Assembly (NCBI GenBank): GCA_977017575.1
Contig: CDRNVI010000144.1
Location: 186,001-250,000, forward strand
Direction: 5' to 3'
Length of the DNA stretch: 64,000 bases
Source: Paramoeba atlantica
Lineage: Eukaryota > Protista > Discosea
Below, in pieces: positions 61,891 through 64,000 of this stretch. The position numbers and the translations under genes are program-made. Each line of letters begins with the position of its first letter. The stretch's first letter is position 1. Below the pieces are notes generated by a model. It had not been told where the DNA came from, did not search any database, and saw nothing but the letters and a program-made list of their open reading frames with translations.

Positions 61891-64000
61891 CACAATCAAA
61901 ATACCATCACCACCACAACAGCAATACCATTAACAAAAACAAAAACAAGCACAAAATAAAAGAAGGAAAAAAGAGAAAAACCTGGCGGTGGCACAATAGT
62001 CGGGATTGTTGGAAACAGAGTAATATAAAAAAAGGCCTGTGGAGGGAGTCTTATAACAAAGAAACAAAGATGTCACCATTCTATTATTAACAATTTAACA
62101 ATTAACAATGATAATAAAAGCAATAACAATCAAATAACAACAACAAACTAAACAATACAATAATAACAATAATGATTATAAAAAATAGGAACAACAATCA
62201 TAACAATTGCAATCACAATCACAAACCAATAATCATAATAACAACAAACAACAACAAACAACAACAAACAATAAACAACAAACAACAAGAAAAACAATAA
62301 ACAATCATAAACAACAGCAACAATAACTATAACTTAACTACAATCACAACAATCACAATCACAACAAACACAATCACAACAAACAAAACAAAAGTAACAC
62401 TGAATGACACAACAACAACAAACAAAACGACAAACAAACCAACAAACCAACAAACCAACAACAAACCAACAATAAACCAACAACAAACCAACAACAAACC
62501 AACAACAAACCAACACAACAGAATAATCACATCATACTAAAAAAGATAAACAAATCCACACAATCAAAATAACTAACAAACCAAACACTGAAACACTGAA
62601 ACAACAAAACACAAAATAAAGGGAAACCTGTGCCACTCATATTTTCAAAAAGGGTTGTGATTGGAAGGAGGTCTTTGTAACAAAGGAAACAAAAAAGATG
62701 TCCTCACACTAGTTAAGAGAAGGGGGAGGAGGAAGAATCAGATTTTAGTATCAGAGAATTTTAATTAATTAAATACTAATAACTAATACAATAACAAAAA
62801 CACTCTTTCCAATAATAACAGACAAACCAACCAAACCAAACCAAACCAATCACCACAAAAAAGAAAAGAACAAAAACAAATACCAAAAATACCAAAAGCA
62901 AAAAATAAAACAAATAATAAAAAAACAAGTTCAACAAGAACAAATTAACAAGAACACAAAACCTTCTTTTAAAATGGACATCAATCATTTACAACGATTT
63001 CGTATTCCCCTCAAAATGGACGGGACACTTCTTTCAATTAATACACCAATCTTGGTGATCTAAATTCTTTTCATTCTTTTTGTCTGTTTTCTTCTTGATG
63101 AACTTTTGGAGCGGAATCTGGGGATTCGTGTCTTTTTTTCAATTTGAGAATTTGGCTTTGAGAGACAACAAACTATTTTTTGTACAAATTAATAAATTTT
63201 TCACACACCCTTCCTTCCTTCCTTCCTTCCCTTCCTTCCCTTCCTTCCCTTCCTCTTCTCAAAAAACAAAACAAAACAAAACACAAAAACAACATTAACA
63301 CACACACACACCCCATTTTTAAAACACAAAGAGACAAATACAAAAAAAATAAACAACAAAACACACCAAACACAGACAGAAAAAATAATCCATGCAAAAA
63401 AGTAACCTTCTCAGTGTGTTGCAAAAAATCTTATTGTGTGTTGTGTGTTGTGTGTGTGTAGTATAACGATACATACGGGGTCCGATACGTGGTATACCTT
63501 TTGTCGAGAAAGTCACATTTTTTTCGAGAAAGAAGACAATTGATTTCAGTATGATAGGACATACCACTTAAAGAAGAGGAGAGAGATCCGATCTAATATC
63601 ACTGTCACCAATCCAAGAAACAAATATTTCAAGAGACAAAGAAGGTGTCAAGGAACCCTCCAAAAGAAGAAAGCTAAGAAGAAAGAGCTTTTACTCCTCG
63701 AAAAAATGATAAGAAACAGAGGAATAAGGCGCAGCAGCGAGAGTGGGGAGAGAGAGAGAGAGGAGGGAGGAGAGAGGGTCTAATCACACACCAACAATTT
63801 GGGAAAGGAGAGAGAGAGAGAGAGCAGAAACATATATCAGCGGTAAAGTTCTTCGTGAATAACCAACATTTTCAAAAGAGAAGTATACACCAAACATTAC
63901 ACCATCATCGCCAAAACACACGCTCGAAGAAAGGCCTCTCCTCAGAACACACACACACAAGATCGTCGTCTCAAGAGGGCTAAAAAGAGAAGAAGAGAGA

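Overview
Eukaryotic, AT-rich, low-complexity DNA. The 18S and the ubiquitin sequence look amoebozoan (Paramoeba/Neoparamoeba-like is a tentative guess from memory, not a search result). The window holds one full period plus part of a second of a very large tandem rDNA repeat; the period is about 52.6 kb (position 1 corresponds to 52644). The rRNA operons (18S-5.8S-28S) are on the minus strand at 1-3597 (28S truncated) and 49417-56239. The ~45.8 kb intergenic spacer is unusually gene- and element-rich. It carries four tRNA genes (Lys, Thr, His, Gly), two 5S genes, an intact di-ubiquitin gene and a frameshifted PB1/coiled-coil gene. It also carries a Crypton-like tyrosine recombinase element with a large terminal hairpin, a second decayed Crypton, a CRE-like RLE retrotransposon abutting a 5S terminator, an L1-like relic with an RNase H, hAT-like transposase fragments, a 32 x 193 bp satellite and a dispersed palindrome family. 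The two repeat copies are not identical. Their 18S genes differ by compensatory base changes. The site just 3' of tRNA-Lys holds the Crypton in copy 1 and an unrelated 722 bp TIR element in copy 2. Most ORFs in the supplied track are artefacts of poly-A/T, AAC or rRNA sequence. All domain calls are by-eye motif recognition.
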